Of a DNA stretch of 64,000 nucleotides, positions 23,204 to 35,427 are shown piece after piece; the stretch's first letter is position 1; each line of letters begins with the position of its first letter. Both the position numbers and the translations under genes were made by a program. The notes under the pieces were generated by a model. The model was given only the letters and a program-made list of their open reading frames with translations, was not told where the DNA came from and searched no databases. Source of the stretch: Cirrosporium novae-zelandiae (taxonomy: Eukaryota); contig JAPETS010000056.1 in NCBI GenBank assembly GCA_026023565.1, positions 62,001-126,000 of the forward strand, in the 5' to 3' direction.

Positions 23204-25436
23204 CTATACCTTAACCGGAACGTCATTGTCATCGGAATTGCTATCCTGATCGGCATCATCACCACCTATAGCATTGTCTTCGGTTTTATTGCCAGAGCCC
23301 TCATCGTCACCCTCCCTCACATTATTACTACCACCACTCTTATTATAAGTCGTAAATGCAGCCAATAAATCATCCACATTCTCCGCCTCATCTAGACCTG
23401 GGATTTCTGGTTCTTCTTCTTCGTCGTTATCCGAATCCTCCTCTTGATCTTCGAAATTGGTGGTTGCAGAGTATAGCTGAGCACGGCACTGTTTTCGATA
23501 TCTGTTAGACTCTTCGGAGTCAGGGCGTGAGAGGTATCCGGTTCCATTGCGGGTGGAGTAAGGTATCGGAGGGTCAAACTCCTGGATAATCCGCTCCTGG
23601 TATGGGGTGGATATTAGATTGGGTCCACCGTCAGCTCTGCGTGTTCTCGCGGAATGGGACCATGAGGGCGATCTCGACGGGAGAGAGTCACGATCCCGGA
23701 TGTATTCTCTATGCACTAATCGACCAGAACGGATTATAACTAGCACAGGCAGATCCGGAGACGGGTTTGGAGAGTTGGATTGAGGTTCCCAGGAGACTTG
23801 CCCAATAGTAAGTTTTGCTAAAATACCATTGTATAGTCGTATTGAGCGTTGGATCGTCTGCTTTCCAAAATTTCGTATTCCCTTGTTATGACTTCTGCCT
23901 ACTTCAAGTAACGCTATCGATCTCATCTCAGACCAGACTCGGTAGTTTGCTTCAGGACGCTCCAAGGACCGAACACGATGATTGCCGCACTTACTATCGA
24001 TCTCTCGCCGAACATCTTTCGGCAAAGATAGGTATGTCTCAAGGATCTTTCTAGGGGCAGAGTTGGGAGATTCCTTTACGTATTGAAGAAGGTCGTTCTG
24101 TGATAGTTTAGGGAACCCCAACGCGCCAGAAAAAACACCATCTAACCCCCCGATCACGCATGCTTCGATGAAGGGGGGATCGTTTTCGTTCAGCGAGTCT
24201 GTCTGTTGGTTAGAGTCTTGAAAAGAAAACCTAGGCTACTAAAATAACTGGCTATAACAGAAAGATGGGGCTGAGTAGTTCAAGATGGAAGGTGATAGAA
24301 CAGTTGAACTCGGTATGCAAGGCATTTAGCTTGTATGCGATCCGTATATCAATATGGGCGAGCTCTAAAAAAAGCCTTTCTGAAAGCGAACAAATGATCT
24401 AGTTTGTTGCTCTCGCGATGGTATGGACATGCATCCCAGATTATAACAGTCCTTTCCACAAAAAGCTCGTAGCTTCTTTAACTTTAGAATCCAACTCCAT
24501 CGAAATGTTTTACCCCATCTAGCAGATTTCGAAATAGTAAACCACTTACCGAGTACTAACGGATGCTTCTCACCACTGTGATAGTCAACCCCTGAGCAAA
24601 CAAAGCTTGATTGGAGGAACACACCTTTCGCTATTCGGTTTCTGATTCGAATTATTAGGATTAATTTCTGGCTTGTTGTTCCCAGAGATTGACTTTTGAC
24701 TATTCGAATCATTTGGCGACTGAGGACTGTCAGGTGGATTCATCGCCCCCCCAAAGGTAGGCTTGATTTCCTGGTATCCAGGGATAAAAATAGTGTTTAT
24801 ATGGTCTGAAGATTGAGGATGTATCTTCTCTCGACGCTTTCGTCGCTTCTGCCTTAGAGCCTCAAGTGTGTTTCGAGCTAATTTCTCTTGTTCTGGAGTA
24901 AATGTGTTTTCACCGTTCAGGGATAAATTACAATTAAGTTGTACAGTCTGTAAAATTATCATAATGGTCGTTTTTGACGATTCCAATTCACCACGATATT
25001 TATTGAGTTTTGGTTCCAGTGCAGGCCAATGCAATTTTCCATAGATGGTCAATACGATTGCACCATCCAGTTTCCCGGTTTTTTCAGTGTCATTTTTTTT
25101 ATGCAGTTTCCCAGCTTTATTAAATTCTCTTGCAATTTTTCTAAATATTCGATCGCAACGAGTGAATATGGTTCTGAGGGCGTCAAGGCTGTCGTCTTTG
25201 AAATTGCGTCTTCCTTTCCCAGTCTTAACAGCTTTTTCGTCAGCTATTAGGTATACCTCAATTCCTTGCAATGCTGTGATAGTCGAATTGACGTCATAGG
25301 CAATATCTTGTAGCTTATCCTGGGCTTCTGAGACCGTCTCAACATACGACTGCAGAGCGTTGGCAAAGCCGATGGCAGTTTCAATGATGCCAGCGAATGC
25401 ACTCACGGCTCCAACGATGCTGAGAGGGTCAGCCAT
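23204..25436 (-). CDS. Protein with a HeLo-like/SesA-like N-terminal domain (fungal STAND N-terminal type) and an uncharacterised acidic C-terminus; three exons
   Basis: N-terminus MADPLSIVGAVSAFAGII...LQSYVETV..A...LQDIAYDVNST...LHWP; introns gtgtgt...cacag and GTAAGT(24549)...CAG(24199) join the ORFs in frame; no NTPase Walker A seen. Confidence 0.7.
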
Positions 25437-26585
25437 CTAACCTGAGGCATTGCCGTATTTAGGGAGGGGGTGGATGAAGTAATTCGAGGAAGACTCGAAG
25501 ACTCAGAGAAGCGAGGGCAGATAAGCTAGAGAAGCAACTATTAGCATTGCATTATGAAGCAAGAGAAGATGGAGCCGACAAACTTGGGTGTGAATTGAAT
25601 ACCCTATATTGAAAAATTTGGAATAGAGTATATGAAGAGTTCCAAGTACCTAGGTATCTAATGATATATTCGCCCCAAGAAAGATTCAGTTACACAGCAG
25701 CCGTCTTGGCACGTGCTTGGCTTTCGTAGGGGCCAGCATCAGGCTAATGCGTCGAGGAGATAGTCTACTGTACTCGAGTAGATCATGGATGAGCTGGCTG
25801 TTAGTGCCAATTGCTTGCTGCGCCTCGCGGGTTGAGGTGATTTGATGAATGTTCATGGCCACTAGAAAATGAAGCTTGGATAGAAATTGGTTAATGGTGT
25901 CCTGGTAATGCACGGTACCCAAAAAATGACGGAATGATATTAATTACCGTGATTACCTGCATATTGGTACATGTATTGTTAGTTTGTATACATATCAATA
26001 CCTGTATTGTTCATTTGTATGCGGCATTTTTGATAAATCTTGATTTCTTGGCCTCAGGCACCAAAGCTATACACCTCCCAATTGAAGCAAATCTTCCCTT
26101 TGTCCATCTCACTCCTCCTCATCTTTCCTTTCTCTTCGTCGGTGAGAGGTCATACTATTCCTATTTCATCCTGGATATCCTTTTGCTTTGCTTTCCACTT
26201 TCCACGCCGTCGAGAAAATTCTCTTTTTGTACCTGGGGCATGATGATAGCAAAATGTAACAATCGTTTTATTCGCTGCTGACGCTGCATCTAACCAATCA
26301 CTCTGTGACCCTTCTACGCATGTAATTACTCTACCAGGAGATAGTTCAAATATCTCCCTCAAGAGAATACAGCCGATGCCTTTTCTTTCCTCGGTTTTCC
26401 TTTGCATCGGTGGCTGCGCCCTAACCACCCATGCATCAGCTATCCATATGGTTTCTATAAAGTCTCCCATCCCGTTCGATAAAATGTCTTGCTCCTATTT
26501 CTTTATTTGATCTGCTCGCCTGTGCCATATTTAGATCTTGGTGTCGCCATTTGCGCTCCATTCCCCCAATTTTTATCCTACAGCC

Positions 26586-29501
26586 ATGGCGGGAATACCT
26601 GAGCACCCTACACAAATCCAGTTTACGGCAGATGAGATCCAACCTGTCCGTTCCAACGGCGGTGGCGTTTATTCGATACGAAATCGCCGCAACAGCTACG
26701 CATCCTCCAAACGCAGTGTCAAAGAAGCTGATATCGAGGAAGAAGCTTCCGAAGAAGTACAACAAGAACGGGACTTTCGAAAGAAGCAAGAGTTCAAGGG
26801 TTGGACTTTGGCTTGGCTTGCATACCAAGCTAATGGAGTCATCTATGGAGACATTGGCACTTCTCCTCTCTATGTCTATTCTTCAACTTTCACCTCCAAT
26901 CCAAGCCACGACGATCTTCTCGGCGCGGTATCTCTAATCATATGGACATTGACGCTAATGGTCACGGTAAAGTATGTTCTGATTGTACTCCGCGCCGATG
27001 ATGAAGGGGAAGGTGGCACATTCGCCCTGTATTCTCTGATATCTAGATATGCGAATATTGTTAAGCGGGACCCGAAGGAAGCATCGTTGATTAAGCTGGA
27101 GCGGGTGAAGTCTTCGGACCTGAATCGTCCTAATAGGACTCTTCGAGATATGATTGAGGATAGTGCTACCGCAAAATTTATCTTGAAACTCATGGGAGTC
27201 TTGGGCGTGTCATTGGTCATGTCTGGTCTGTCTACTCCTTGCATCAGTATACGTTTCATTGATTGACGTTATATCAGATGGTGCCCTTACTCCAGCTCAG
27301 TCTGTCCTTGGTGCAATTCAAGGGTAATGGATTTTAATTCTAATTTGTTTTGATTTTGGTCGCTGATTATATCATAGGCTCAAGGTTGTCCAGCCTGATA
27401 TAAGTGGTGGCACAATCATAGGAGTGTCCTGTGCTATTCTCATCTTACTTTTCTTACTCCAACCTTTTGGAACTTCAAAACTTGCAAGCCTTTTCTCACC
27501 AATCGTTATCATATGGCTCTCATTTAATGCTGCATTTGGTATATACGTAGGCATTTCCTGTTTGTCAAAAGACTTTCGTGGATCCTAACTGACCTGAATT
27601 AGAACCTTATCCTTCATGATGCAAGTGTCTTGAAGGCATTTTCACCATACTTTGCCGGTGAATGGTTTGTTCGCAATAAGACAGAAGGGTGGAAGGCTTT
27701 GGGAGGTATTTTACTTGCATTTACTGGTGCTGAAGCCTTGTTTGCAGACCTTGGGGCTTTTAGCAGGCATGCCGTACAGCTATCATGGCTGTGCTTTGCC
27801 TATCCTTGTCTACTACTTGCGTATATCGGACAAGCAGCATACATCAGTGATGACAAGACGGGCGAAGCTTATTCAAACCCATTCTTCAACACCATTCCGC
27901 CGGGCATGTTCTATCCAAGCCTCGTGGTATCGATTCTGGCTGCTATTGTAGCTAGTCAAGCTATGATTACGTCGACATTCCAGGTAGGGACTTATTTCGA
28001 GACTTTCCCTGATTGTTTTGCTAATATAATGGGACTAGCTCTTAACGCAAATAATGAAGCTTTCGTATTTTCCGCAAATCAAGCTTTATCATACCTCCAA
28101 AACCTTTCATGGACAGGTCTATATCCCAATGGCCAATTGGTTGCTTATGATTGGAGCCGTTGTTGTCACGGCTGCTTATAGCAATGTCAGTATTTTTTAC
28201 CTCGTTCTCTTTCTACTTTCGATAAATGGAAATGAAAGCGACTAGAAACCAAAAAGTGACCTTGGAGAGGCCTGCAGACAAAATCAGTTGTCACATATTT
28301 GAAACAGATTTTTACTCTTCAGGAGTTGGGAGGCCTTGAAATCAATTTTTTATTAAAGATTGATTTTTGTTTGAAGGCCTCCCCGAGGTCACTACTTTGG
28401 CCTTATCTTTTGGCTCTGGTCGCTTTCATTTCTACTCACCGAAAATAATTCATCTAATATTCTGGATAGACGACCAAACTTGGACACGCATATGGAGCCT
28501 GTGTAGTCCTAGTCACCTTCATTACTACCTGCATGGTCTCGTTGGTTGCATTGATCATCTGGAAGCTTAACATATTTATCGTTCTGGCTGGTTTCCTCGT
28601 CTTCGGATCTCTTGATGGTCTTTATCTCTCATCCGCGCTAACTAAAGTTCCTGATGGCGCTTGGTTTACCATTATGCTCGGTGCCATCCTTTCCAGCCTT
28701 TTCATCCTCTGGCGGTTTGGTAAAGAACGACAATGGAGCGCCGAAGCTCAAGACCGGATTCCTCCATCTCAAGTCATCCATTCACATGAAGATGGGGCGT
28801 TGACGCTCGCACCCCCTTTTGGAGGTGGCCAACTAACTCGGGTTGAGGGATTTGGTATCTTCTTCGACAAGGCTGGCACCATGACACCTCTTGTTTTCCT
28901 TCATTTTGTCACCAAATTGCTCTCAATACCTTCCAAAGTTATCTTTTTCCATCTCCGTCCCATCCCACAACCATCTGTGCCCCCGGATGAACGATATACC
29001 GTAACACGCACACGAATCCCAGACTGCTACCGTTTTGTCATTCGTTATGGATACACGGATCAGATCATTTCCCCAGACCTTGCGACACTAGTCCACGAAC
29101 AGCTCAGAAAGTTCGTCATCAGGGAGGGTGTTGGACTGCCAACTCAGCCAACCATAACGAGCAATCCTGCCAGCGTCAAAGAAGAAAAATCCGCCTCTGG
29201 AGACAGTGATGATATTTCCTATCCGTCATACACATACACATCCACAGCAGTCCAAACACCAAACTTCTTTGCCGCCCATTCGGTCGGCAATGAACTAGCA
29301 TCTCTCCAACGGGCCTTTGACACTCAAATCACTTATATTGTCGGCAAGGAAGCAATGAAAGTTGATTCACATTCGAATTTCTGGAGACGCATTGCGTTGG
29401 AGGCTTTTCTATGGATTAGGGATAACACCAGGGGGAAGGTAGCTGAGCTAGGGTTGGATGTTGATCGGTTGGTCGAGGTTGGGTTTGTCAAGCAGGTATG
29501 A
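26586..29501 (+). CDS. HAK1: HAK/KUP/KT family K+ uptake transporter, five introns
   Basis: Motifs [84 protein letters not shown]-terminal LVEVG. Confidence 0.95.
28216..28445. mobile_element. MITE copy 2 (230 bp) inserted in a HAK intron (28186-28469)
   Basis: TA|CTTTCGATAAATGGAAATGAAAGCGACTAGA ... TCTGGTCGCTTTCATTTCTACTCACCGAAAA|TA; removing it leaves an ordinary 52-nt intron. Confidence 0.85.
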
Positions 29502-29795
29502 CAGGAGGAGTGTGGAGGGAGGATTGGGGGATGTGCATTTAAGCGAGATATCAGGGTGGTTAATTTGACTGGCAGTATAAAAATGGATTGTAGGAGGCGG
29601 ATACCCAAAAATGATGATGACAAGGGTAGTACCAGATATCAAAGTCAAAACGTGATACTTGGCAAAACGGTTCTCTATTCCTTTCTAGCGGATCAAACAA
29701 CTTCCTCAAGAGGGAGCCTTTTTTTTGATCCACTCATTCATTTCATCATAACCCCACACCCCTCTCCTCCTTTTACAATCCCCAATTCCCAAACC

Positions 29796-31567
29796 TCAAA
29801 CCCCAAATCCCCTCATAACCGCCAACATAACCGGCGAATACATCATAACGTCATTATGAGCCCCAAACCTAACAATCTCCAACCTCACCCTGACAGCCCG
29901 CTCCGGGATTTCAAAAACCTCGACCCTAGCCTCTTTCGCTTTACTCCTCCTGCTGCTGCTGCTCCCGCCCACCCCATCCCCATTCCTCCAAACAACATCC
30001 CTCGTCGTCCCACTTCTTTCAATCTGGGAAGCAACAATGCCTTCAAAAAGCCCAACCCCCTGTAAAACAGGAATATCCCAATCATCTCTCGCATGTAGGA
30101 TCTGAACATCTAATTTGCTGCCCTCCACTACTGCTGCTATTTCCCTTTCCCTTTCCCTACCACCACCCACATTCTCAACCCCAAACTCCCCAACCATTCT
30201 CTGTAGTCTCCCCAACGTATCCCAATGGTCGCATACGAAATGATTGAGGATGTATTTTTGGACTGAGGGGAATATTCGTAGGGGGGAGAGAATGGGGATG
30301 AGGTGTAGGATTGAGTAGGCTGGGAGGAGGGAGGGCATGGTTATGAAGGGTGCGACTAGGATTAGGGAGGCTGGGGGGATGGGGCGAGAGTGAGGGTGGG
30401 AGTGAGAAGTGTTGATGGCTGGAGGGGAGGGGGCGATTAACGGAGTTTGTTCATCTGGGGTTACGGGTATGAGGGTGGGGTCGGTGGGGCGCATACTAGC
30501 GGTGGTGGTGGTGATGTCTCCGTCTATTCCGGACTCCCCATTCTCCAATACGCGTTCGATATTGCCATCAACACCACCAATATCATTCTGACCTCCCAAC
30601 AAATACTTCTCACAAACCGCAGTAGCGACGGCGGTCCCGAGACTCTGGCCCAAAATAACAACGTTCTTTGGATTCACGCCCATATCGTATAGCACGAAGT
30701 TCAGGAATGCGGTGCCGTCTGTGATTAGACCTGCTTCGGTTGGTTGGGGTGATGGGTGCGAGAGCCCGTAGGATCGGTAGTCGAGGGTTAGGATGTGTGT
30801 GTTTGGGAGGGTGGAGAGGAGGCGGAAGGTCGGATGGCGGTGGGTTTGGGCTAGGTGGCCGGCATTTCCATGGACTGTTGTGCTTGGGAAATGAGGTTGA
30901 TTAGTTGGTTCGTTTGATTAGAGGATGTGAAAGGAGGGGGGGTAAGGAGAGAGAAGAAGAAGAAGAAGAAGAGGAAGAAGTACAACTTATAACCACCTTG
31001 GCATCCGGATCATCCTTTAAGAAATTAAAATGTGCCGATTGCGTGAACTCGGCTTTGGTGAGTGGGGATTTGGTCACGGGAGAGTTTCTGAGAATCGTGG
31101 ATTGCTTTTCGTAAGTTGTTAGGGGTAGGATATGCCATGCGTAGAGGGTTGCATTGTCGTGGGTTTGGAGGGTGAAGGGTTGGACTTGGTTTCCTATGGG
31201 GGAGGGAGTTAGTGAGGATGAGATTTGGGGATTTGGGGAGGGGGGTTACGTTACTGGAGAAACCGAAGGATTCCGGGTCGTTGAGATTATGCCACCAGCC
31301 GGCTGTGTGGAATTTGTTTGCGTAGACAGCGCTGGGGGAGTGAGCAAGTTAGCGGAGGGGATGGTGTTAGGATTATGACACTCTCAAATCATGGGATTAT
31401 ATATGGTATATATCTTGGTCGGGGAAATATAAAGAGGGCATATGAAAAAGAGAGAGGAGAAGAACTCACAAGCGTTGAACATTAGGATGTAAAAGTGCAG
31501 CAAGAAAGACAACATATGTGCCCCCAATGGAGAGGAGCACCGTATACGTGATTTCACCGGGAGTCAT
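29796..31567 (-). CDS. Alpha/beta hydrolase, ABHD12/Bem46-like, with N-terminal membrane anchor; three introns
   Basis: Spliced motifs DPESFGF, LYAWHILP, HGNAGH, LDYRSYG.S, PTEAGLITD, nucleophile GQSLG, HARDDWDI, GAHN. Confidence 0.85.
30951..30980. repeat. (GAA)n microsatellite inside an intron of the hydrolase gene
   Basis: gagaagaagaagaagaagaagaggaagaag. Confidence 0.8.
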
Positions 31568-32245
31568 GATTAAAAAAGCACTGGAAGAATTTATTCCCTT
31601 CAAATGTCACAGGATAGGATTGTCATATAATATAGATAACCAACAAGACTTATCACGGCCAGGCAACAGCAATAACTTTTGGGGTATAATGACCTAGACA
31701 GGGAACGTTAGAAATGATAGCAGGGACATCAGCAACGACAACTTGATAATAATATGGAATTTATATGCACAAGGTGTGGAATAATTCTATGTTTTGTGCT
31801 GCTAAAAATGATGCCAACATGTTGTCTAATCTATAATATTGCGTGCCTGGGTAACGCTCCCCCCTTCGGCCCGGCGTTTAGGACCCATATTTTATTATAT
31901 TTCATCATCAAGGAACGAACTTTAATTCAACATCAATTTATGAAGGACTTGCATTAACGTATAGCGTCTATTAATATAATAGTAGCGTTAGCAATCACAG
32001 GCCACGTATTATACGAATAATTAAATATTAGTGCAATGGGAGTTGTTATTTATGTTAGGGTATGGACCCTGACCCCACCGCACGGACCACCACATTCACC
32101 ACAAAAGTAGGATCTTTAGGTAGAATAATTGATGAGCATGTATTCAATCTAGAAGGCTAGATCGATGCTACAAGCCATTCGCGACATTTTTGCTGCATGA
32201 CCAAGTAAGAATGATCTATTATTGCAGACTCAAAGAAAACCTAAA

Positions 32246-34789
32246 CTATGCAAGACATTGATCAATCAGGGCCGAAAAATCAGCTGGACGAGGGCTTGAA
32301 ACAAACTGAGAACATTCAATGAGATGATGGATCCAGAATTCATTGGCATATGAATGTAGGCCATGAAAACCATTGGCAATCATACGTTGCTTCTCGTCGA
32401 GTGAGATTTTGGGGTCTAATAGAGTAAAGTTTGAAGTTATGGATGCGGCACATGAGATGGCAATACTGCAATGGGCTCTAAAAGGGTCGAGGTAAGGTCT
32501 ACTGAAATTACTTTTAAGGTACCTGGTCAATACATCAGCATGTTATAAAGACTAAAAGTGTTCGACGTAGATGGTCTACTCTTTAACTGAGAAATGGAAA
32601 AAATCTACCAGGCCTCCACGGCGTCGTTCAATAAGGGGCTTGCACAGATCAAGGCTACCTTCTTTCAATTTCGTATCCAGGTTTAAAAATATGTTATCAT
32701 TATCAAACACTACGCCATCCTGTATTTCAAATTCTTTGAGGGGCCTAAAGCGAAATGCAAGCCACCACAAGCTTCTAAGAGCTCTTTCTCGAAGCTTAAC
32801 GTCTCCTCTACTCTTGGCCTCGATACGCATAATCATTCGATCATATCTTTTAAGGTTAGTAATAACGACTCGAAAGTGATGCGCTCAACGTACGCTTCAT
32901 TCAAGCCCGCGGGGAGATCGCGAACAGCAGATTCCAGTTCAAGACCACTGCCGCACTCTTCAAGCGTGGAAAGAACAAGGTATACCTAAAGGAACATGCC
33001 TTCAGAAGGTAAGAAAGAAGCATGTCAATGGGCAAAAGGTAGAAACATAGACAACATACCATCAGCTTTTCTCATGATCTCGCACCCTAGGCGAATAACA
33101 GAGTCATTTCCAAACCGTTCTTGGAGAGGAATGAGCCTGGCTGTAACATATGATCCTATAGCCTTTTTAATGGCAGGGCGCTCGTCTCGGAGCGATACTA
33201 TGGGCTTATCCTTCAGGGTGCGGGATATTGGCTCAACATCCCTCAAAGATAATAGAAGCTTCAAGGTAGGTCCTGATGCTTTACTGACCCTAGTGAGGTC
33301 TTCCAAAACGACCTTTTGCTCGTGCGGCTCCCATTCATCTAAGCCATCAACAATTATCCGAAGACCTGAGAGAGTTTGGAGCAAGTCGGGAAGTAAGCAT
33401 GTCAAACTAGGTTTTAAGGGCCTCTTAGCTTTGCTGATATATTGGTCACATATATACGGAACTATCCCATTGTTCGCCATTAAGAGTTGCAAGACTATTG
33501 TTTTTAAGATCTGGTTCGGTCGGTTCTGACTCTCTGGATTGTTGGTACAGAAATAGTACACCACACAGCTATCACCTATTTGTTGTGTAAGGTGGACGGC
33601 TAAATATGAGCATAGCACGCTTTTCCCTGACCTTGTCAATAATGAGATGTACAACTTGTAGAGACTGATTTAGCTTCTTACCCGAGCCCGGGTTACCTTT
33701 AAGCCATACAATTCTATGACTGTTCCCATTGCCTACGAAATAAGAAATTGCACTATGTTGGAGGATCCAGTCACAGCTTTGCGGATGACAGCGATCTTGA
33801 AGGGCATCGAGACTATCATCATGAGACCTATTTTCTGCAGATAACCATATTCTGACATCTTGGATTTGAGTTGCTAGGCGCAGTTTCTCTTGTTTTGTCG
33901 CATCTTCGTCTGCCTTTTGTCTCGATATTTTTGCCTCAACGATATTGATTAAATTGGCTTCTTGATCGACAAGATCTTTGTGTTCATTGAGTTTTTCAAG
34001 GATGGTCTTGAATCGAATATCGAAGTCTGCCCATGCAGATAGGAAGAGCAGTTGCCATCCTAAGTGTTGTCAGCTGTGTTTAATATAGATTCCTAGCACC
34101 TCATACCACGTCTCCGGAAGAACTTATATGCACGGCGATGGAATTCTAGCACATCCACATAGACAAGTGATAAAACCTGCTGAAAACGACGGTCATTCTT
34201 GAAAACCTCACTGAGTCGGTCGAAACGTGGAAAAGCCTGAGCAATTTTCGCATACGCATCGATGAGATTCTCAAAGATATTTGTATAGCCGCTAGCAAGC
34301 TATCACAGAGGTGGTTCAATTAGTGGGTGTCTTTTAAATTATTACGTGTTTGTAGGTTTGTCACGGCTCATCTCTAGGGCATATTTTCGCCCCACTTAGC
34401 CAAGAAGATATCCGACAGCTAACTGAGTTCTAATTTTTCGCATACCTGAAGCATCAGTTTAATAGGAGCCTTGAGAATATCATCAATTTCATTAATATAA
34501 ATGTTGCTTGTGTTTTTCTTACCCAAATCCATGGCATATATGGTGTCCCGTTGCAGACAACCTCAATGACCTTTGGATATTGCTCCAAACTTGCTAGCAG
34601 TGGTTCAATGCGTCGCATATTTCGCAATGACTGTCGTTCAGCCAGTTGGCGTTCGATGGCTCTGGCAGCCTCCCAAACATCGTTGAGAGTTGTTGACTGA
34701 AAATTTTGAGCATCGTCATTAGTAACAGCTTTACTTAACCTTTCGAATACTTCTTGGAACGCCGGGGGTTGATAAATCTGGCAGCTCAT
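32246..34789 (-). pseudogene. NACHT-NTPase (fungal NLR-like) gene with Goodbye/DUF7708-like N-terminal helical domain; in-frame stop in the GMFLW motif and no C-terminal sensor domain
   Basis: Eight exons splice in frame: FQSTTLNDVW..RNMRRIEP..WIW|APIKLMLQ|..YVDVLEFHRRAYKFF|..CDWIL..WLKGNPGS|GKSVL (Walker A), IIVDGLDE (Walker B), KAD|GMFL*VYLV (TAG at 32988-32986), LPAGLNE|AYDR, RPLK, HFSVK|EYL, LHSYANEFWIHH; reading frame ends at TAG 32248-32246. Confidence 0.8.
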
Positions 34790-35170
34790 GATGACGATAT
34801 AAGGGCGAAAAGTCTCCTGGCCTTGGAAATTTTGCGGGAATTCTAACTCATTTACAAAGCCAAGATTAGGCATGACAATGCTAGCTGAAAGGTACTCAAA
34901 AGATACAGATTCTGCCTTATACTGTGGGGCTACGAGGCTATGAATCTACATAGGTAAAGTACACGCTATTGTTGTCACCAAATAAGATGCCTGAGACCAG
35001 ATGCACTACCAAGTCAGAGGCCCTACTCACTTGTTGCAGATGGCACAGCCTGATGCTTCGAGGATTTAAGCAAGTGAATACGCCACAAGAATAGAATATG
35101 ACCATCAGATTAGAGGTTGACTTCTTGCTCCTTAAGTAATGATTTTACATATTTTTGCATGGCTTTTTAT

Positions 35171-35186
35171 ACTACCCTAGGGTAGT
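35171..35186. promoter_or_regulatory. Perfect 16-bp palindrome ACTACCCTAGGGTAGT in the NACHT/SNF2 divergent intergenic region
   Basis: Self-complementary sequence seen directly; function inferred only. Confidence 0.35.
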
Positions 35187-35427
35187 CTGCTTAACTTAAT
35201 TCGACTCCCCTCTGGCGGTTATTCTGAATCCTGGAATTCATCTCTTCTAGGGGCTGGTAGGCAGATTGACACGTTTCACCAAATGAAAATCGAGTCGTTG
35301 TCGCTCAAGAGCACTCACATTTGTGACTAAATAACATGTACCCTCATTTAAATTGACGGTGGAACTTATTAATGACTTATATGTTCAACAGGCTCGAAGG
35401 GTGAATTAAGGTTCAAGGGCTCGAGAT

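Noticed and set aside
23204..23360. HET-s-like amyloid signalling motif at the C-terminus of the HeLo-like protein
   Set aside because: The tail is G/N-rich but strongly acidic, lacks the alternating hydrophobic repeat pattern, and no matching motif is present at the NACHT N-terminus.
26240..26510. uORFs upstream of HAK
   Set aside because: The TSS is unknown and an acceptor-like CTACAG just before the ATG suggests they may be intronic.
32052..32103. Solo LTR or telomeric seed starting TGTTAGGG
   Set aside because: Only a single TTAGGG, no second copy in the window, and no identifiable end or target-site duplication.
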